A DNA stretch of 64,000 bases from a bacterium. GTDB lineage: Bacteria > CAIWAD01. Numbering within the stretch: position 1 is the stretch's first letter; the number at the start of each line of letters is the position of its first letter. Shown here one piece after another: positions 1-9,877 of the stretch. The DNA is taken from NCBI GenBank assembly GCA_030429345.1, contig JAUIFJ010000015.1, forward strand, positions 28,931 through 92,930, written 5' to 3'. A program made the translations under genes and the position numbers. Below the pieces are notes generated by a model. That model was not told the origin of the DNA. It did not search any database and saw only the letters and a list, made by a program, of their open reading frames with translations.

Positions 1-707
1 AAAATGTTGACACGCCAGGGGTTTCCCTCTGGATCACAGGCCCATCCGGGATAGGTCCCGTACCAGTCACAACGGCGATTATCGGGGACGATGTTGCAGA
101 CGACACTATCCTGCTGGACGCGGAAGTAGTCAGCCAGGGAGCCGGATTGCAGCAGAAGTCCAGGTGAGTGCGAATCCAGGAATTCTGCAAAAAAGTGATC
201 GTATATCTGATCCAAGGTCAAATCTGTATCGTCCCAAAGGAAAAAGTCCTCATCCTCCCAAAGAAGGGAATCAACCGATTCCGCGTAGAGTCGAATCGGA
301 ACGACGGCGAGTTCTATGTTTGCGCCAAGCGGTAGAACAGGATCTGATTGATAGTCCATCTCGGAGCGAGAGCTCCGCCATTCTGCAAGAAGGCCAATCC
401 GATTTGGCACAGTATCACTAGGAAAAACCTCTTCTGAACCGTTCAAATTACCATCACTTGCATCAGCGGCGAAATAGAATGGCTCGTCACTGGCCAACGG
501 CATCAATCCCGAATGCCCCCCTTGCCAATCTCTAAACTCTCCCGATTGGTGACCAACCAAAGGACTGCCATCGGCAGAGCAATAGGCTGTGCCATTGTTG
601 CTGTGATATAAATATAGAGCGGCAGTATCGATCTCCGCGTGTAGGCCAAAAGCTGCCATGGACACTGCGGGAACTGCCAAAGACAAGATGATCGAGAACA
701 GGTTCAT
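1..707 (-). CDS. Secreted protein, partial (runs off the left edge); possibly M6-metalloprotease-like N-terminal region
   Basis: Not in the ORF track. Hand translation from ATG 707 is open to base 1 (MNLFSIILSLAVPAVSMAAFG...IELAVVPIRL...GSLADYFR...). Signal-peptide-like start, GGAG RBS upstream, lower GC than the core genes. Confidence 0.7.
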   Translation of the reverse strand, partial: MNLFSIILSLAVPAVSMAAFGLHAEIDTAALYLYHSNNGTAYCSADGSPLVGHQSGEFRDWQGGHSGLMPLASDEPFYFAADASDGNLNGSEEVFPSDTVPNRIGLLAEWRSSRSEMDYQSDPVLPLGANIELAVVPIRLYAESVDSLLWEDEDFFLWDDTDLTLDQIYDHFFAEFLDSHSPGLLLQSGSLADYFRVQQDSVVCNIVPDNRRCDWYGTYPGWACDPEGNPWRVNI

Positions 708-845
708 TGATAGAGGCTCCAACTTTTCGAACTCCTCTTCAAGAACCATACCAGATTTTGTCAAGGCTAAGTTCTTATTTATGCATTTCTCGAACTATAA
801 ATCCACGTTGGACTGTCACGGCTGTCAGCAAAACTGAAGCATGTG

Positions 846-2534
846 TCAAGGCAGGTAGAGCAATTTCGAATTGGCAACAGAGACACCATCCAAGTTCAAA
901 TCAATCAAGTACAAACCTCCGGCCAGGTCTTCCATATTTATGAGGGTGCTGAATTCCCCTGCTGAAACTGAATCAAACGACTCCCTGAGGGCCAATTGAC
1001 CTTGGAGGTTGTAGAGCTTAAAGCTGACAACCGCGGTTTTTGCCAGTGTAAAGACCAATCGCACACTTCCGTTTGCTGGATTCGGGTATAAAGAGAAAAC
1101 CGATTTCTTCTCATGCGAATTACTATTCACAGTTAGGGCAGGCGGAGAATATCTGTTCGCAAATAATCCAATTTCTACGCCGCCCATGTGCTCTTCATGA
1201 ATCGAAACGAAGCCCCCATCCAGGAAGTATGGGCGTTGCCTGCCACCGTATCGAGTGCCTGGCATTGCTATGTATTCTTCATAGACCCAATCACCACCAG
1301 AAATCGAAAATCGCGCCAAGGCCGACCTAAAAATCGCATCTCCGGCATGCCTGGTGTACATCCATCCGGATTGCAGAGGAAACAGCGGTGCAAAGCATAA
1401 TTCTGCGTAGAGTGAATTCTGAACTACAAGACCATCAAGAGTAGTACGAATTATCCGGTTATAGACGCCATTGCTGGATCTGCAATCCCCAAGGATAATA
1501 GCATGACTACCCTCGATAATCATCCCTGCGCCATGTAGATACTCATCTCCATCGTAAAGCAATACAGAGTCCCACACACCCGTCTCAAGATCAACCGTGA
1601 ACCATCTATAATGACTCCAGGTCGGATCGGCTTGTGATGTGGTCACGAAGTACATGGTATCGTCAACGATTCGAAGGAACTCATCGTGCCAGCTACTATT
1701 TCCATAGTACCGATCCAGGCCTGTATTCCAGACTACCACTCCACCAGCATCCAGTCTTGTAATCTGCGTATTCTGCCAAACAATCCATCCATCTTGATAG
1801 GCTATTGGAATGGCTGTCCCCGTGTACTGCGATCCAGAGAGCGTATCCTCGTGAACAATTTGCCGGAGTTCATCGTCCACAACGATATACCTTTGACCAA
1901 AGGCCGCGCTATCCGGGTTGCTATAGCGCGCAAATCCCGATGTAATAATCGTCCTGTCTCCATTGGAGGCCAGCTTCATGCTGAATTTTCCATAATCCAG
2001 CGAATCCCCCCAGGTCGTCACACGCAGCGAGTCCAGCAGCGTGATCTGTCCTCCCGCATAATCGAGGTTCCACCAGTTGATTGTCGCCTGGTAGCGGTAG
2101 TCGTAGGGCCAGCCGGAGAGGAACTTCTCCTGGTCGAAGGTCATCAGCTGGCCCTGGCTGTTCACGTGTGAGACACCAAAGGCGCCCGGGTGCTCGAGCC
2201 ACTGGTCGGGCAGGAGGATTTCCCCGTGGGGCGAGATCACCGTGGCCGCGCCATCGTTGTCCGCAGGATCGGCGACGAGGAAATTAGGGTGCCAGTATAC
2301 GAGCAGGTTGCTGTCCGGCAGGACGTGCTGCTCGACGAAGTCAGAGTGCGCCGTGTTGTTGTCCAGGCGAATGAACCAGTCGAAGCGGGTCGAATCCACG
2401 GGCCAGTCCAGCTGGGCGTGGGCTGGAAGCGACAAGAGCAGAATAAGCAGCAGGGAGGCAACACTGCATTCACGCAGGGCGGAGTGCCTTGAAAACAATG
2501 GCAAACGGCACAAGGATCTTGAGAATGGACGCAT
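846..2534 (-). CDS. Secreted protein with T9SS type A C-terminal sorting domain
   Basis: Hydrophobic signal ending AHA-Q; C-terminus FSLYPNPAN...YNLQGQ...LAGGLYLI...KLLYLP. Confidence 0.8.
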   Translation of the reverse strand: MRPFSRSLCRLPLFSRHSALRECSVASLLLILLLSLPAHAQLDWPVDSTRFDWFIRLDNNTAHSDFVEQHVLPDSNLLVYWHPNFLVADPADNDGAATVISPHGEILLPDQWLEHPGAFGVSHVNSQGQLMTFDQEKFLSGWPYDYRYQATINWWNLDYAGGQITLLDSLRVTTWGDSLDYGKFSMKLASNGDRTIITSGFARYSNPDSAAFGQRYIVVDDELRQIVHEDTLSGSQYTGTAIPIAYQDGWIVWQNTQITRLDAGGVVVWNTGLDRYYGNSSWHDEFLRIVDDTMYFVTTSQADPTWSHYRWFTVDLETGVWDSVLLYDGDEYLHGAGMIIEGSHAIILGDCRSSNGVYNRIIRTTLDGLVVQNSLYAELCFAPLFPLQSGWMYTRHAGDAIFRSALARFSISGGDWVYEEYIAMPGTRYGGRQRPYFLDGGFVSIHEEHMGGVEIGLFANRYSPPALTVNSNSHEKKSVFSLYPNPANGSVRLVFTLAKTAVVSFKLYNLQGQLALRESFDSVSAGEFSTLINMEDLAGGLYLIDLNLDGVSVANSKLLYLP

Positions 2535-2698
2535 ACCTCAGTTTATGGAATAGGAGGGCTGAGATTCAAAGCCAAAAGCAGCGGACTTGACGAGGGGAGC
2601 GCAGACGTGCCAGCAGATCAGCCGCTAAATCGGCGCAGCTGGTTTCCATTCAATACTGCTGAACGACAATTTCAGCCTCTCACGAACGACCGATCTGC

Positions 2699-2799
2699 TG
2701 TCGTGTGGGCTGGACAATAAATAACGCCGTTCAAAGCTATGCACTGTGAGTAGGAGCGTGCAGAATCAATTACCCGCCTTTCGTCCAGCCCTTTGGACA
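2699..2799. repeat. 101-bp double-box element, copy A
   Basis: TGTCG-tgtgggct-GGACA...GTTCAAAGCTATGCACTGTGAGTAGGAGCGTGCA...CTTTCGTCC-agcccttt-GGACA. Confidence 0.9.
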
Positions 2800-2935
2800 G
2801 CAATTATCTACCAGGTTCTACAATCTGGGAAGGCAAAACCCTGTGAATCCTTTCCAGCAGTAGGCAATTCGTTTTTTTCACGCCAAGATTTTAGTCAAAC
2901 TGCCAAGAATGGCTGACCGTCTTTTTGCCACTCTC

Positions 2936-3036
2936 CGTCTGAAGTACTGTACAATAAACAACGGCGTTTAAAGCCATGCACTGTGAGTAGGAGCGTGCAA
3001 ACCCGATTACCCGCCTTTCGTCCAGTTCGCAGGACA
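2936..3036. repeat. 101-bp double-box element, copy B
   Basis: CGTCT-gaagtact-GTACA...AAAGCCATGCACTGTGAGTAGGAGCGTGCA...CTTTCGTCC-agttcgca-GGACA. Confidence 0.9.
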
Positions 3037-3160
3037 TGCGCAGGTGCGGATCTGGCCGAAAACTGCCGAATGCATCCAGGCATCGCGCAGATCATCCGGC
3101 AACAGGCGCTTGTCAATTGGACTTCCCCTCAGCGCAGCACATCGCCGTCTAGACCCTCTT

Positions 3161-5422
3161 CTAGGGCATCGCATCCCAGCTTAGCGTCAGCAGGACACTG
3201 CGCCCCGGCGAGGGAAGAATCTCCCCGCTGCCGTGCAGGGGCCGGCTGAGGTGCTCGCGGATCTCGCGATCCAGCAGGTTGCGCACAGCCAGCGCGAGCT
3301 GTACGCCTCCCGGGGCGTTCCAGTTCAGTCCACCGTCGAGTCGTGCAAATCCTGGCGTCGGGCTTTCGCCGAAGGCCTGGGATACGCGATCCTGGTTGCG
3401 CACGAAGCGTGCCGCCAGCCAGGTATCCAGCGCCAATCGCTGCCACAGCTTCTCGATCCGCAGCAGGCCCTCGAGAGGAGGAATTTCCGGCAAGGGTTCT
3501 TCGCGGTCGACATCCTCCGCATGGGTATACGCGGCCTGGGCGCTGAGCCGAAGGTCGGGCAGCGCAAGCCAGATCGCCTCCAGCTCGAATCCGGCGAAAC
3601 GGGCCTCCTCCAGGTTGACGAAACGGCGTACGCCGGGACTGCTGGGCATGACAGGGGCCAGGCTGGTGTCGATGCGGGAGCTGATGAAGTTCCCGACCCG
3701 TGACACATAGATCGTCGCCTCCAGCTCGGCGCTCCGCAGCCTGCGGCCCAGCCGGAGATCCAGCTGCGTATTCGCTTCGGATGCCAGGCCCGGCGTGCCC
3801 AGCAGGTCGTAGGCGTCGCTGCCCACCGGGAAGGAATTGATGTAGGTCTCGGTCAATCCGGGGCTGCGCCGCGCATGGGCCAGCCAGGCCCCGGCCTGCC
3901 AGCCGCCCGCCCACTCGCGTCCGAGACCCAGGCTCAGGCTGGGATCGGTCCAGGCGTGATCCAGTTCGCCCTGCCGCGAGGCGAAGCCGGCATCGGGACG
4001 ACGCGCTTCCGCGCGGCTGTGCTCCAGACGGGCCGAGAAGCGTCGTGTCCATTCGCCTTTTTGCAGGCTGCCCTCGGCGAAGAGGCCGGCCCGCGTGATC
4101 CGGCCACCGTTCCAGACGGTATCGTGCATCACCCTGCCCGCCATCGGCCCCATGAGGACTTCGCGCCGCCGGGTGCCTTCCGCCTCCTCACGGCGCAGGT
4201 CGGCGCCGGCGTGGAGCACCCAGTCCCTGCCCTGCCAGCCCGTTTCGCCGCGCAGGCTTCCGCTGCGAGTCAGGGCGTCCGTGCGCGCGTCCATCATCCG
4301 GCCGGCTGTCGGGCGCTCCAGGTTGTCCATCACGTGGCGCACTCGATTCCCGTGTGCGCTGATCGTCCACTGGCGCAGGTGGGCATGCTTCGCCGTGTGA
4401 CGCCATTCCAGGCGGAACAGGTTCGTGCGGTCCGAGCGCAGATCCATCGGCAGGGCCGGGAAGTCCGTCAGCCCTGCGACATTGCGTGATACATCCAGCC
4501 GGAACTCGTCCGCATCGCCCGCCAGCCCGCCCAGCGAGAGTCCGCCGCTGGAGCGATCGAAGCGGGACGCCACGTCCATGCCCATTCCGTCCTCGTAGTC
4601 GCTGCCCTTCGACCAGGAGCCGTGCAGCGCCAGGTCCGTCTTGCCGAGTACCTGGCCGACAACCGCTTCCGCCCGTCCCACGGAGCCGTTGCTTTCCCCG
4701 CCCAGGCTGAACCGCCCATAGGGCCGGTCGCCCGCGCTCCACTGGGAAGGTTCGCTGCGCGCCAGCACCGTGCCCCCCAGGGTCGAGCCATAGCGGAAAC
4801 TGTGCGGTCCCTTCAGTACCTGCAGTTGATCGAGCCGGTTCGGCGCCAGCTGGCTGGAAGGAGGATCCATGCGGTTGGGGCAGGCCGCCGCCGCGCAGGC
4901 GCCCCCGTCGAGCACGATGTTCAGCTGATCGCGCCGGAAACCGCGCAGCACTGGATCCACGCCATGGCTCCCGCTCTTGCGCACGCCGCCGAAGAGGGGG
5001 GAGGCGACCAGCCGTTCTCCCCCGTCGTGTGACAGGCGATCCGCATCCTCCAGGCGCAGGCTCTCTCGTGTGCCGCCGGCCTTTCGCAGGCCGAAGACGG
5101 TGACGGGCTGCATTTGCAGCTGGGCAAGGGAGCGCCGCAGCGTGCCGCTTTCCAGGCTGGCGGCCAGCGGGACCCCGCTCAGCTGCCACTGGCCGTAGGA
5201 CAGGTGGGAGAAACTCAGCGTATCCGCCCCGAAGGGTACCTGCAGCATGCCCCTGCGATCGCTCAACAGCTCCAGGCTACCGACGCGGCAATGGGCTCCG
5301 GCAATCGGCCGCCCGCTCGCCTCATCGAGCAATTGCAGGGTTGTGGGTGCAGTCGATTCTGCGGCCATTGCGCAATCGGGAAGCATGGCCAGCAGAGTGG
5401 AAAGGACGATGATAAACATCAC
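3161..5422 (-). CDS. TonB-dependent receptor, OprC-like (copper-binding)
   Basis: Plug motif ACPNRMDP plus HVMDN, matching the OprC CxxxM-HxM signature; VLKGP plug motif; C-terminal NLLD...PGR. Confidence 0.8.
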   Translation of the reverse strand: MMFIIVLSTLLAMLPDCAMAAESTAPTTLQLLDEASGRPIAGAHCRVGSLELLSDRRGMLQVPFGADTLSFSHLSYGQWQLSGVPLAASLESGTLRRSLAQLQMQPVTVFGLRKAGGTRESLRLEDADRLSHDGGERLVASPLFGGVRKSGSHGVDPVLRGFRRDQLNIVLDGGACAAAACPNRMDPPSSQLAPNRLDQLQVLKGPHSFRYGSTLGGTVLARSEPSQWSAGDRPYGRFSLGGESNGSVGRAEAVVGQVLGKTDLALHGSWSKGSDYEDGMGMDVASRFDRSSGGLSLGGLAGDADEFRLDVSRNVAGLTDFPALPMDLRSDRTNLFRLEWRHTAKHAHLRQWTISAHGNRVRHVMDNLERPTAGRMMDARTDALTRSGSLRGETGWQGRDWVLHAGADLRREEAEGTRRREVLMGPMAGRVMHDTVWNGGRITRAGLFAEGSLQKGEWTRRFSARLEHSRAEARRPDAGFASRQGELDHAWTDPSLSLGLGREWAGGWQAGAWLAHARRSPGLTETYINSFPVGSDAYDLLGTPGLASEANTQLDLRLGRRLRSAELEATIYVSRVGNFISSRIDTSLAPVMPSSPGVRRFVNLEEARFAGFELEAIWLALPDLRLSAQAAYTHAEDVDREEPLPEIPPLEGLLRIEKLWQRLALDTWLAARFVRNQDRVSQAFGESPTPGFARLDGGLNWNAPGGVQLALAVRNLLDREIREHLSRPLHGSGEILPSPGRSVLLTLSWDAMP

Positions 5423-5522
5423 GGAAAGCTCCAGAAGCGGAAAGGCTCGGCATTAGCATTCGCAAGATAAGGCGATCGACTAATCCGAACAATGTTCCGT
5501 GCCCGTCGCAGGTAAAAATGTG

Positions 5523-5558
5523 AAACGCCGTCCACCCCTTGCGGAATGGACGGCGTTT
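5523..5558 (-). terminator. Intrinsic terminator after the lipoprotein gene
   Basis: AAACGCCGTCCA...TGGACGGCGTTT inverted repeat just past the stop at 5580. Confidence 0.65.
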
Positions 5559-5579
5559 CTGGGAATATAGAGGAAAAGA

Positions 5580-6932
5580 CTAGTCGTTCCAGCGCACCCA
5601 GGCAGCCTGGGTCCAATCGTTGCTGGGGTCGATGGCGCCAATGAAGTCCACGCTGGTGAACCAGCTGCCGGAGGGGCTTACACCACTACCGTCTGCGGTT
5701 CCCCAGGGGGTGAAGTCCATGCCGGCGGCATCGTTGAAGAAGTCCATGGGGTAGACCATGTTGTTGGTGGCGGCATCACAGAAGCGCATGGAATCCGCTT
5801 CGCTGTTGAAGCCGCCGAAGTCGCCCGCTCCGTCCTGGTCATTGTTGTAGATCAGGGTGTTCGTGATCGTCAGCAGGTCGTTGTCGTAATTGTCGCTAGT
5901 GGCGTCGCCGTCACCGCTCTCGAGCTTCCAGTTGATGCCGGCGTAATTGGCGATCAGGAAATTGCTCAGTTCGCCTTCGAAGTCCTCGCGCAGGCGCATG
6001 CCGTAGTTCTTGTCCTCGGCGTCCTTGCCGGCGCCGAAGCCGTAAAGGGTCACATTGCTGAGGATGGGGCGCGTCGCGTCGCCGCTGCCCAGGGTCTTGC
6101 GGCCGTCGGACTCGAAGCCGTTGTCGGCGCCGGGGGCCTGCATGGCGAACCAGAACTGGCCGTTGCCGCGCCAGCCTTCGTCCATGTCGAAACTGTCGTC
6201 GTCGTTGTACATGCTGACCAGGTACTTGGCGCTGACATTGCCGCCGAACCATTCGAAACCGTCGTCGGTGCACTTGTAGACCTGGACGTGATCCAGCGTC
6301 GTGCCGCTGCCGCAGCTGTAGAGGCTCAGGCCGTTGAGCTCGCTGCCGGCGGCGATGCCGAAGCCGCAGTACTCGATGCGCACGTAGCTCAGGCTGCCGC
6401 TGTCGTCACTGGAATTGCTGCCGCCGTAGGCGATGCTCTCGCTCAGGCCTTCCACGTCGCCCTCGCCGCCGCTGATGTTGTTGGGGGCCTCGCCGATCAG
6501 CACGATGCCGCCCCAGTCGCCGGCCGATTTGGTGCCGCGGCCGCTGGTGAAGACCACCGGCTGGTCGGCCGTGCCGTTGCAGTGCAGCTGGGCGCTCGGA
6601 CGGGCCGTGTCGAAATTGGTGGCGTCGGCGCGCAGGGTGATGATGGCGCCCACGTCGTCCGGATTATCGTTGTGATACGCGAAGCTGACGGTGACGCCGG
6701 CCTCGATGGTCAGGTTCACGCCGGGCAGCACGTAGTACTTGCCGGAGAGGCTCATGTCGCTGCTCCAGGTGGTGTTCTCGGTGATCAGCGTACCCGGCAG
6801 GTCGGTGTAGACCTGGGGAATGGTCTGGTTGTTGCCGCCGTTGTCGTCATCGTCATCGTCGTCGCAGGCGGTCATGCTGAGCATGGTGGACGCGGCGACA
6901 AGGGCCAGAATCCAGTGCTTCTTGAGGGACAT
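5580..6932 (-). CDS. Lipoprotein, probably beta-helix, of the type found next to TonB receptors
   Basis: Start re-assigned to ATG 6932 (GGAG RBS); lipobox MTA-C followed by poly-Asp; motifs GDWGGIVLIG, DDSGSLSYVRIEY, DDGFEWFGG. Confidence 0.8.
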   Translation of the reverse strand: MSLKKHWILALVAASTMLSMTACDDDDDDDNGGNNQTIPQVYTDLPGTLITENTTWSSDMSLSGKYYVLPGVNLTIEAGVTVSFAYHNDNPDDVGAIITLRADATNFDTARPSAQLHCNGTADQPVVFTSGRGTKSAGDWGGIVLIGEAPNNISGGEGDVEGLSESIAYGGSNSSDDSGSLSYVRIEYCGFGIAAGSELNGLSLYSCGSGTTLDHVQVYKCTDDGFEWFGGNVSAKYLVSMYNDDDSFDMDEGWRGNGQFWFAMQAPGADNGFESDGRKTLGSGDATRPILSNVTLYGFGAGKDAEDKNYGMRLREDFEGELSNFLIANYAGINWKLESGDGDATSDNYDNDLLTITNTLIYNNDQDGAGDFGGFNSEADSMRFCDAATNNMVYPMDFFNDAAGMDFTPWGTADGSGVSPSGSWFTSVDFIGAIDPSNDWTQAAWVRWND

Positions 6933-7001
6933 CTTCACTCCTGTGTATTGCTTTGTGTCTCTGTCATGAACACGTTGGTTGCGACGGATGTGTGACACCT
7001 G

Positions 7002-9674
7002 CTAGAGCTCGTAGCTGAAGCCCAGCGAAACGGTGCGGCCGGGGCTGTAGGTGTCGGTGACAATGCCGGACTGCACGAACTCCACGTCGTCGTCCAGCAG
7101 GTTGGACAGGCTCAGCTTCGTGGTCCAGGCGCCCCACTCGCGGCTGGCCACCAGGTCCAGCTTGTGGAAGGGCTGCTCGTACTCGTCGTCGCCCTGGTTG
7201 AGGCTGCCGACGCTGCTGATGCGCTTGCCGAAGGTATTGTAGGCCAGGTTGAGCGTGCTGTTCAGCTCTTCGATCTTCCAGTAGTAGTTCAGGTTCAGCG
7301 AGTAGGGCGACTGGCCGTAGAGGGCGCGATCGCGGTTGGCCTGGTTGTGTACGTCGTCGGCATAGTTCACTTCGCTGTGGATCAGCGTCAGGTTGCCCGA
7401 CAGCTGCATCTGGCGGTTGAGGTTCTTGCGCAGCTCGAACTCCAGGCCGAAAAGGTCGGCCGAGTCCACATTGTCGTACACTACCTCCGGCTGCTGGCTG
7501 TTGCGATGGCGCAGCTCGATGGGCTTGTCGAAGTGCTTGTAGAAGGCGCCGACGGCCGCCAGCTCACCAATGCCGAAGTAGTACTCGTAGCGCAGGTCCG
7601 TGTTCGTGATGCGCGTGCGCTCGATCTCGCTGTTGCCGTAGGTCGTGCGGCCGCCGATGAAGTCGGTGAAGTAGAAGTCGGCCAGCTCGCGGAACTCGGG
7701 ACGGGCCAGGGTCATGGAGGCGGCGCCGCGCAGGGCGGTATCGTTGGTGATGCGCCAGGTCGTGTTGAGGGCCGGCAGCACATCCGTGTAGTTGGTCAGC
7801 TCCTCGTCGTTCAGGTCCTGGGCATCCTGCTCCAGGCGCACGCCCAGGTTGACTTCCAGGGTCGGTGTGACATTGATCTCGCCGCTGACGTAGGCCGCGA
7901 AGCGGTTCTGCACGGCCTCGTAGGAGTCGCTGCCGCGGGTGCTTTCGAAGAAGCGCAGCTGGCCGGCGGCGACCACGTCCGGGCCGAGGGCGCTTTCGGC
8001 GTCCGTGCCGCGCAGCTCGGTCGGGTAGGGGCTGCTCGTGCCCGAGTTGTCGTAGGTGAACTGGCGTGCGTCGAAGGTCCGGTCGCGGTTCATGTACTGC
8101 AGTCCGGTCTTCAGGCCCAGCTTCTGAAGCGGACGGAATTCGAGGCCCAGTTCCGAGTCGAGAATCCGGTCGTCCTGTTCGCTGAAGAAGTGGTAGTTGC
8201 CGCGCTGGGTCAGCACGATCTCGAAACGCCGTGTGACATCATTGAAGGCGTAGTGCGTGTTGCGCGTGTCCGGTTCCTCGCGGCGCGTGCTGCTCAGGCC
8301 CAGGCGCGCCTTGACGCGGCCTTCGGGCAGCATGGGCAGATCCTGCTTCAGCTCGAGGCTGTTGCTGAGCATGCTGCGGCGCTCGAACTTGAGAATGTCC
8401 TGGCGGTAGTCGCCGTCGCTGTTGTAGTACGAACCCGAGACGCGGGTCGCCTTGTCCTCGGCCTGGTTCACGTAGAGGTTGCGCAGGCCGACGGTCGTCC
8501 GCGGGCTGAGCTTGAAGAAGACGTTGACCATGGCGCTCAGGCCGCTCTTCTGGCTGCCGGAAATGCGCTCGTAGTCGGAAGCCAGCGCGCCGGGCTGGTA
8601 GAGGTTGCGGTAGTCGCCGTTCCGGTTGTCTGTCTTGTGGCTCCAGGAAAAGGACGTCACCAGGCCCAGTTCGCGCTCGTTGAACAGCTCATACCTGTCC
8701 GCGTAGGACAGGCCCCAGCTCTGGTTGATCGGAGCGCTGTCCATGCCGGGCGTCCAGTTGTTCTGGAAAGCGGAGGCGGCCTGCATGCCTTCCTCGGAAC
8801 TCATGCGGCCGTCGCCGTTGGCGTCGTTGGTATTGCCCGGCAGCTCGCGGGTGCCGTCGTCGTAGCCCAGGAAGTCCGTGTCTCCGCCTTCGTAGCTCAG
8901 GAAGTCCTTCCCGGTGCTGGTGGTATTGAAGCTGGTGCTCATGCCCACCTTGAGGCTGCGCTGGTCCGGAAACTCGCGGGTCTTGATCTGCACGCTGCCG
9001 CCGCCGAACTCGCCGGGCTGGTCCGCCGTGTAGGTCTTCTGCACGGTGACATTGTCGACCAGGCTGGAACTGAGCAGGTCGGCCGGTACTTCGCGGCGGT
9101 CGGGGTTGGTGGAAGGCAGGGCCGATCCGTTGAGCTGCACGTTGCTGTAGCGATCCCCCATGCCGCGGACGAAAATGTCCTTGCCGTTCTGGATCGTCAC
9201 GCCGGTGACACGCTTCAGCGCGCTGGCCACGTTCCCGTCGCCGCTCTTGCTCATCTGCTCGGAGCTGATGGCGTCGTTGACCGTGTCCGCCTTCTTGCGG
9301 GCGGTCAGCAGGGCGTTTTCGTTGTTGGTCTTGATCCGGCCCTGAATGACCACTTCCTCGCCCTTGAGCACGAAGGGGACGCACTGCAGGTCAATCACCG
9401 TCTCTTCGTTGTCGATGACGACGACCTGCTTCTTCTCAAGCGCTTCGTAGGAAATGTGCGAGACCTGGATGTCCCAGCTGCCCTGGTCGACGACGATGCG
9501 GTAGCGGCCGTCCAGGTCGGTCGAAGCGCCGGCCCGGCTGCCGACGACGACCACATTGGCGCCCACGATGGGCTCGCCGTCCTTGCTGCTGGTAACGGTG
9601 CCAGTGAGAGTGCCTTTGGCCTGGGCCAGGCCCGCGGCGAAGAGCAACACGACCAGTAGAGATCGAATGCGCAT
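7002..9674 (-). CDS. TonB-dependent receptor with N-terminal carboxypeptidase-regulatory-like domain
   Basis: Start ATG 9674 (GGAGG RBS); GTVT...STDLDGRY domain; plug ALKRVTGV...VRGMGDRY; C-terminal GRTVSLGFSYEL. Confidence 0.88.
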   Translation of the reverse strand: MRIRSLLVVLLFAAGLAQAKGTLTGTVTSSKDGEPIVGANVVVVGSRAGASTDLDGRYRIVVDQGSWDIQVSHISYEALEKKQVVVIDNEETVIDLQCVPFVLKGEEVVIQGRIKTNNENALLTARKKADTVNDAISSEQMSKSGDGNVASALKRVTGVTIQNGKDIFVRGMGDRYSNVQLNGSALPSTNPDRREVPADLLSSSLVDNVTVQKTYTADQPGEFGGGSVQIKTREFPDQRSLKVGMSTSFNTTSTGKDFLSYEGGDTDFLGYDDGTRELPGNTNDANGDGRMSSEEGMQAASAFQNNWTPGMDSAPINQSWGLSYADRYELFNERELGLVTSFSWSHKTDNRNGDYRNLYQPGALASDYERISGSQKSGLSAMVNVFFKLSPRTTVGLRNLYVNQAEDKATRVSGSYYNSDGDYRQDILKFERRSMLSNSLELKQDLPMLPEGRVKARLGLSSTRREEPDTRNTHYAFNDVTRRFEIVLTQRGNYHFFSEQDDRILDSELGLEFRPLQKLGLKTGLQYMNRDRTFDARQFTYDNSGTSSPYPTELRGTDAESALGPDVVAAGQLRFFESTRGSDSYEAVQNRFAAYVSGEINVTPTLEVNLGVRLEQDAQDLNDEELTNYTDVLPALNTTWRITNDTALRGAASMTLARPEFRELADFYFTDFIGGRTTYGNSEIERTRITNTDLRYEYYFGIGELAAVGAFYKHFDKPIELRHRNSQQPEVVYDNVDSADLFGLEFELRKNLNRQMQLSGNLTLIHSEVNYADDVHNQANRDRALYGQSPYSLNLNYYWKIEELNSTLNLAYNTFGKRISSVGSLNQGDDEYEQPFHKLDLVASREWGAWTTKLSLSNLLDDDVEFVQSGIVTDTYSPGRTVSLGFSYEL

Positions 9675-9775
9675 GGTTCCTCCATATTCCCGAAACAAAC
9701 ATCGCCGGCTATTCCCGTAACCGGCGATGTTCCCATTTGAATCGCGCTCAAAGTGAGAGCGGGCAATCAAGAGAC

Positions 9776-9803
9776 TGTGAGCCGCGTGTTAGATCTCTGT
9801 CAA
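9776..9803 (-). promoter_or_regulatory. Pho-box-like triple direct repeat
   Basis: Minus strand TTGACA-N5-CTAACA-N5-CTCACA with an 11-bp period, about 100 bp upstream of the TonB receptor and next to phoBR. Confidence 0.5.
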
Positions 9804-9877
9804 GGTGATTCCGGGCTTGCTTCGGAAATCGGAAAGAGAAGAAGAACCCCGGGCAGGACGCTCCGGGGTCGTGCATT

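Noticed and set aside
2776..2799. Minus-strand GTCC-N8-GGAC-GAAA looks like hammerhead ribozyme stem II plus GAAA
   Set aside because: None of the copies I checked has the required CTGANGA upstream of the stem.
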